Virus record (IMG/VR): IMGVR_UViG_3300045988_154892
From: a virus
Length of the DNA: 64,000 nt
Strand: one strand, 5' to 3'
The translations under genes and the position numbers were made by a program. This document shows positions 60,277 to 64,000 of the stretch, piece by piece (the stretch's first letter is position 1; every line of letters begins with the position of its first letter). The notes below the pieces were generated by a model. It made no database searches and was not told the DNA's origin. It was given only the letters and a program-made list of their open reading frames with translations.

Positions 60277-62904
60277 TTGAAAGGACTAACAAACGAACAA
60301 GTAAAAATGAGTCGGGAAAAATATGGCTCAAACAAACTACCAGAACCAAAGCTTAAGAAATGGTATGAATTTGCGATTGAAAATATCTTTGGTGATAAAA
60401 CGCTGATGCTGTTATTAGCATTATCTGCATATGAGATTTTCGCTGCAGTATTTGGATTGGCATCATTTTCAGAACCAATCATGGTGATTTTAGTTATTTC
60501 ATTATGTACATATATTGGTGTAAAAATGGCGCTTGGTATTCAAAAATCAACACAAGAACTAAGAGCAAAGACATCAACTAGGTATTGTGATGTTATCAGA
60601 GATGGGCAAGTTCAGACAATCAACAAAGATAATTTAGTTGTTGGTGATGTGGTTTGTATTGGAACTGGACAGGAAATTTACGCGGATGGATATATTATTG
60701 AGGGTAAAATTTCTGTAAGCAATGCTGCTATCAACGGAGAAAGTAAAGAATGTCAGAAAATTCCAATTAATGGTTATGTATACAAAAAATCAACATCCAC
60801 CGATGATTTTACGAATCAAAATAGCTTATTTGCTGGAACAACGATTCTGTCTGGCGAAGGAAAGATGATCGTAGGCGAAGTTGGCGTAAACACCATAAAT
60901 GGTGACACACTTGTAAAAATGCAGACACTTGAGCCACCTAAAACAGCACTTCAGATTGCGATCGATAAACTTTGTGATACAATTTCGAGATATGGAACTA
61001 TTGCTGCAGTCGTCACGTTTATTGCACTTATGGTAACGGATATTGCGTATATTGGATTCAGAGAATATATCAATGGTGGTGTGCTAGAAGTTATCCAAAA
61101 GATTGCACAGAACATTTCGGTTGCTCTAACAATCATTGTAGCTGCTGTTCCAGAAGGACTTCCATTAATTATCAAGCTTGTTACAAAACAGAATGTTAAG
61201 ACAATGGAACAGTTCAACATTCTTGCTAAAAATCCTAATAAGATTCCTGAGTTAGCATACGTTGATCTTATTTGTACTGATAAAACAGGGACTCTTACGA
61301 CTGGTGTTATGACGCCTGTAACTATTATTGATGGACAAGGTAATGAAGTAGATCATGGTTCTGATCTTTGGAAAAATATTGTAAATAATATTTGCTTAAA
61401 CAACAGTGCTACATATGATTCAGAGAATAATATCACAGGTGGAAATTCCATTGACAGAGCGGTTTTAAGTCTTGTTAATCCAAAAGAATGTGAAGATATT
61501 TTTGGAAAGTATCCATTAGTTCAGAAGCAAACTTTTAGTAGTGAAAATAAGTATTCTGCTTTTGAGAGCAAATATAACTGGGGCGAATCGTTTACATATT
61601 ATAAAGGAGCACCTGAAAAACTGATCGAGCATTGTACGCATTGGCTAGATTTAGAAGCCATTCCATTTGGTGGGGATGACAAGAAAAAGCTGTATGACAA
61701 AATTAAGGCTTTAACTGAAAAGTCTATGCGTTGTATCGCTCTTACATTTTCTAATTCACCGCTGGTGGAGAATACATTACCAGACAACATGGTACTTCTC
61801 GGAATCATCGGTGTCATTGACCCAGTAAGAAAAGAGGTTCCAAAGGCTGTGCAGGTCGCTCATGAAGCTGGCATTCAGGTTATCGAGATTACCGGTGATT
61901 GTCATGAAACTGCAGTAGCCGTTGCTACGGAAGCTGGCATTTATAAAGAAGGTGATCTTGCCCTTACAAATGCACAGTTTGAAGCGATGTCTGACGATGA
62001 AGTCAAGAAAATTATTCCTGTACTTCGAGTAATTTCCAGATGCTCACCTAATACAAAACTGAGACTTGTAACATTAGCACAGGAGCTTGGTAGATCAGTA
62101 GCTATGACAGGTGACGGGGTTAATGATAGTCCAGCATTAAAACGAGCTGATGTAGGTTTCGGTATGAATGCTGGATCTGATGTAGCAAAAGAAGCATCCG
62201 ATATTATTCTAACAGACAATAACTTCGCAAGTATTATTAGAGGTGTGGAACTTGGCAGAACATTTATGCACGATATCATGATGTTTTTGGAGTTTCAGTT
62301 GCCAATTAACTTTTCACTTCTTATTTTAAGTATTCTATTTCCTATTTTATCTGGCGGAGTATTACTAGCTTCCGTTCAAATTCTGATTATCAATATTATC
62401 ATGGACTCACTTAATTCCTTATCATTTGGCGGTGAACCTCCGAAAGCTGAATATATGACAGAGAATCCAATTAAGAAGGGTTCTGGATTGTTTATTCGAG
62501 GTGCAAAGAAACGAATTGCTATTAGCACAGTAACATTTATTGTACTATATGGAATTCTTATGTTTTCACCAGTATCAAAATTATTTACAACAGATGTCGA
62601 AGCTATGACTGCAAGATTTGCAATGCTTTGCATCATGTCTGTATGCAATGGATTTGGTATTCGTACAGAACATATTAATTTGCTCAATGGACTGAAAAAC
62701 AATAAAACATTTGTATATATTGCAGCAGGTATTGTACTTGGAACTATTGCCTTATGTAATGTACTCGGTGGACTTATCCAGGTAACAGCAATGAATATGA
62801 GTCAGTGGATCGCAATCATTGGACTATCACTCACGGTAATCGTGGTTGATGTTATTCGAAAATTATTTATCAAAGGAGAGAATAAAAATCATGGGACTAT
62901 TTGA
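60277..62904 (+). CDS. P-type cation-transporting ATPase (Ca2+/Mg2+-type)
   Basis: DKTGTLT phosphorylation site, TGDGVNDSPALKRADVG hinge, about 10 TM segments; TTG behind AAAGGAGTG. Confidence 0.9.
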   Translation: MKGLTNEQVKMSREKYGSNKLPEPKLKKWYEFAIENIFGDKTLMLLLALSAYEIFAAVFGLASFSEPIMVILVISLCTYIGVKMALGIQKSTQELRAKTSTRYCDVIRDGQVQTINKDNLVVGDVVCIGTGQEIYADGYIIEGKISVSNAAINGESKECQKIPINGYVYKKSTSTDDFTNQNSLFAGTTILSGEGKMIVGEVGVNTINGDTLVKMQTLEPPKTALQIAIDKLCDTISRYGTIAAVVTFIALMVTDIAYIGFREYINGGVLEVIQKIAQNISVALTIIVAAVPEGLPLIIKLVTKQNVKTMEQFNILAKNPNKIPELAYVDLICTDKTGTLTTGVMTPVTIIDGQGNEVDHGSDLWKNIVNNICLNNSATYDSENNITGGNSIDRAVLSLVNPKECEDIFGKYPLVQKQTFSSENKYSAFESKYNWGESFTYYKGAPEKLIEHCTHWLDLEAIPFGGDDKKKLYDKIKALTEKSMRCIALTFSNSPLVENTLPDNMVLLGIIGVIDPVRKEVPKAVQVAHEAGIQVIEITGDCHETAVAVATEAGIYKEGDLALTNAQFEAMSDDEVKKIIPVLRVISRCSPNTKLRLVTLAQELGRSVAMTGDGVNDSPALKRADVGFGMNAGSDVAKEASDIILTDNNFASIIRGVELGRTFMHDIMMFLEFQLPINFSLLILSILFPILSGGVLLASVQILIINIIMDSLNSLSFGGEPPKAEYMTENPIKKGSGLFIRGAKKRIAISTVTFIVLYGILMFSPVSKLFTTDVEAMTARFAMLCIMSVCNGFGIRTEHINLLNGLKNNKTFVYIAAGIVLGTIALCNVLGGLIQVTAMNMSQWIAIIGLSLTVIVVDVIRKLFIKGENKNHGTI

Positions 62905-63664
62905 CAAACTTTTTGGAAAAAAGACTTCAACAACAAATACTATGGCGGATAATACATCCGCTGTGGTACATGAAGAAAATGCAGCGCAGCCAGTTGTAAT
63001 TGACATGTCTAAGTCAGCAGAAAATCTAAATAATGTGCTAATTAATATGTCGAAATCAAGCAAGATTGATATGACCAAGCATCAAGCAAGGGTTGCGCTC
63101 GCTATGGACTATTCTGGAAGTATGGGTAATCTTTTTGGAAACGGATCTGTACAAGATGTAATTACAAGACTTTTGCCAATCGCTCTTAAATTTGATGATG
63201 ATGGTAAGTTAGAATCTTGGCTATTTTCAAATGATTTTGATTTTCTGAAACCAGTGACAATTGATAATTATAAGAACTATGTTCGAAAAATTATGATGAA
63301 TTCTCGTATGAGCATGGGTGGAACTAATTACGCTCCAGTCTTGAAAGATATTGTTTCCTATTATAAGGACATTGAGCCAAGTACAATTCCAGCATTTATC
63401 ATTTTTATTACAGATGGTGAAAATTGGGATACAGACGAAACAAATAAAATTGTGAGAGAGCTTTCTAATTACAATATGTTTGTACAGTTTGTTGGCATTG
63501 GAAATGAGAATTTTAGTTATCTGAGATCTCTGGATGATATGAAGGGTAGAAAATGTGACAACACTGGATTTATCGCAGTCAAAAACATGAATAGAATGAT
63601 TGACGAAGAACTATATACAGAGCTTTTGAGACCATACAAAGATTGGCTAAATAACAAACAGTAA
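62891..63664 (+). CDS. vWA domain protein of the TerF-C/TerY type
   Basis: MIDAS-like DYSGSM, ITDGE; overlaps the ATPase gene by 14 nt. Confidence 0.7.
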   Translation: MGLFDKLFGKKTSTTNTMADNTSAVVHEENAAQPVVIDMSKSAENLNNVLINMSKSSKIDMTKHQARVALAMDYSGSMGNLFGNGSVQDVITRLLPIALKFDDDGKLESWLFSNDFDFLKPVTIDNYKNYVRKIMMNSRMSMGGTNYAPVLKDIVSYYKDIEPSTIPAFIIFITDGENWDTDETNKIVRELSNYNMFVQFVGIGNENFSYLRSLDDMKGRKCDNTGFIAVKNMNRMIDEELYTELLRPYKDWLNNKQ

Positions 63665-63683
63665 AAAAGGAGAATATAAAACT

Positions 63684-64000
63684 ATGGCAAACGTAATTAA
63701 TATGAGTAAAAACCAGAAAATCAGCATGACAAAAGAAGATGGAACTGCAATTAAAAACTTTTTCATCGGTGTAAATTGGGATCAGAACCGTTATGCTGGC
63801 GAAGCAGATATTGATTTTGATATTAACGGATTTCTTACAAACGCTGACCGAAAGGTAACTTATCCAAAAGATATCGTAAACTATAATACATATGGTGATG
63901 GTAGCGGATATCCGTGGGTAGAATATTCTGGAGACAATCTTACGGGCGATGATTCTCAAGGGATTACTTTTGACGGACATCATTATGATGAATATTTTAT
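63684..64000 (+). CDS. terD: TerD-family stress protein (3' end outside the window)
   Basis: MSKNQKISMTK...GVNWD...DIDFDINGFL typical TerD N-terminus. Confidence 0.8.
   Translation, partial: MANVINMSKNQKISMTKEDGTAIKNFFIGVNWDQNRYAGEADIDFDINGFLTNADRKVTYPKDIVNYNTYGDGSGYPWVEYSGDNLTGDDSQGITFDGHHYDEYF

Noticed and set aside
1-64000. Alternative genetic code (TGA or TAG reassignment), as seen in some large gut phages
   Set aside because: Long ORFs (875, 687, 490 and 500 aa) are intact under the standard code, and all three stop codons terminate well-supported genes. The isolated in-frame TAA and TGA are not a genome-wide pattern.

Overview
AT-rich 64-kb stretch that reads as the early/accessory region of a large Firmicutes-type bacteriophage or prophage. 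It holds about 150 mostly short genes, all but one on the + strand, and almost all sit behind strong GGAG-type Shine-Dalgarno boxes. I recognised no capsid, tail, terminase or core replication genes. Content I can support from motifs: two MazF-family toxin modules (mazEF at 4.3-5.0 kb; an XRE-flanked EndoA-like mazF at 19.1-20.3 kb); a LexA-DNA-binding-domain-only protein; a tyrosine recombinase; two C5 cytosine methyltransferases; a Lar-like restriction-alleviation protein; two DUF262 proteins plus a ParB-N-like protein next to a sigma-70-family gene; ClpP; and two IS200/IS605-type tnpB genes, one of which splits a phage ORF. There is also a five-gene NAD cluster (pncA, prs-like, nampt-like, macro, nadE), two small radical-SAM genes with a YpsA/SLOG gene, an SPFH/lipoprotein pair, a metallophosphoesterase, an RNA-repair set (Tpt1/KptA with an in-frame stop, HNH, RNA ligase, kinase-HD) and a P-type ATPase-vWA-TerD cluster at the right edge. 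Structure not explained by genes: (1) a 16-nt palindrome TGAAA-N6-TTTCA found at least 13 times, always just upstream of an SD; (2) a tRNA-like cloverleaf RNA closed by a ~25-bp helix at 24418-24539; (3) a consensus promoter embedded in three TTCGAA/GAAC-N4-GTTC palindromes, followed by a ~330-nt ORF-poor leader with two hairpins that both display UUGGAG loops; (4) a one-directional pattern of broken genes that always continue in the +1 frame, plus in-frame stops. All functional calls rest on motifs I recognise by eye; no database search was possible.
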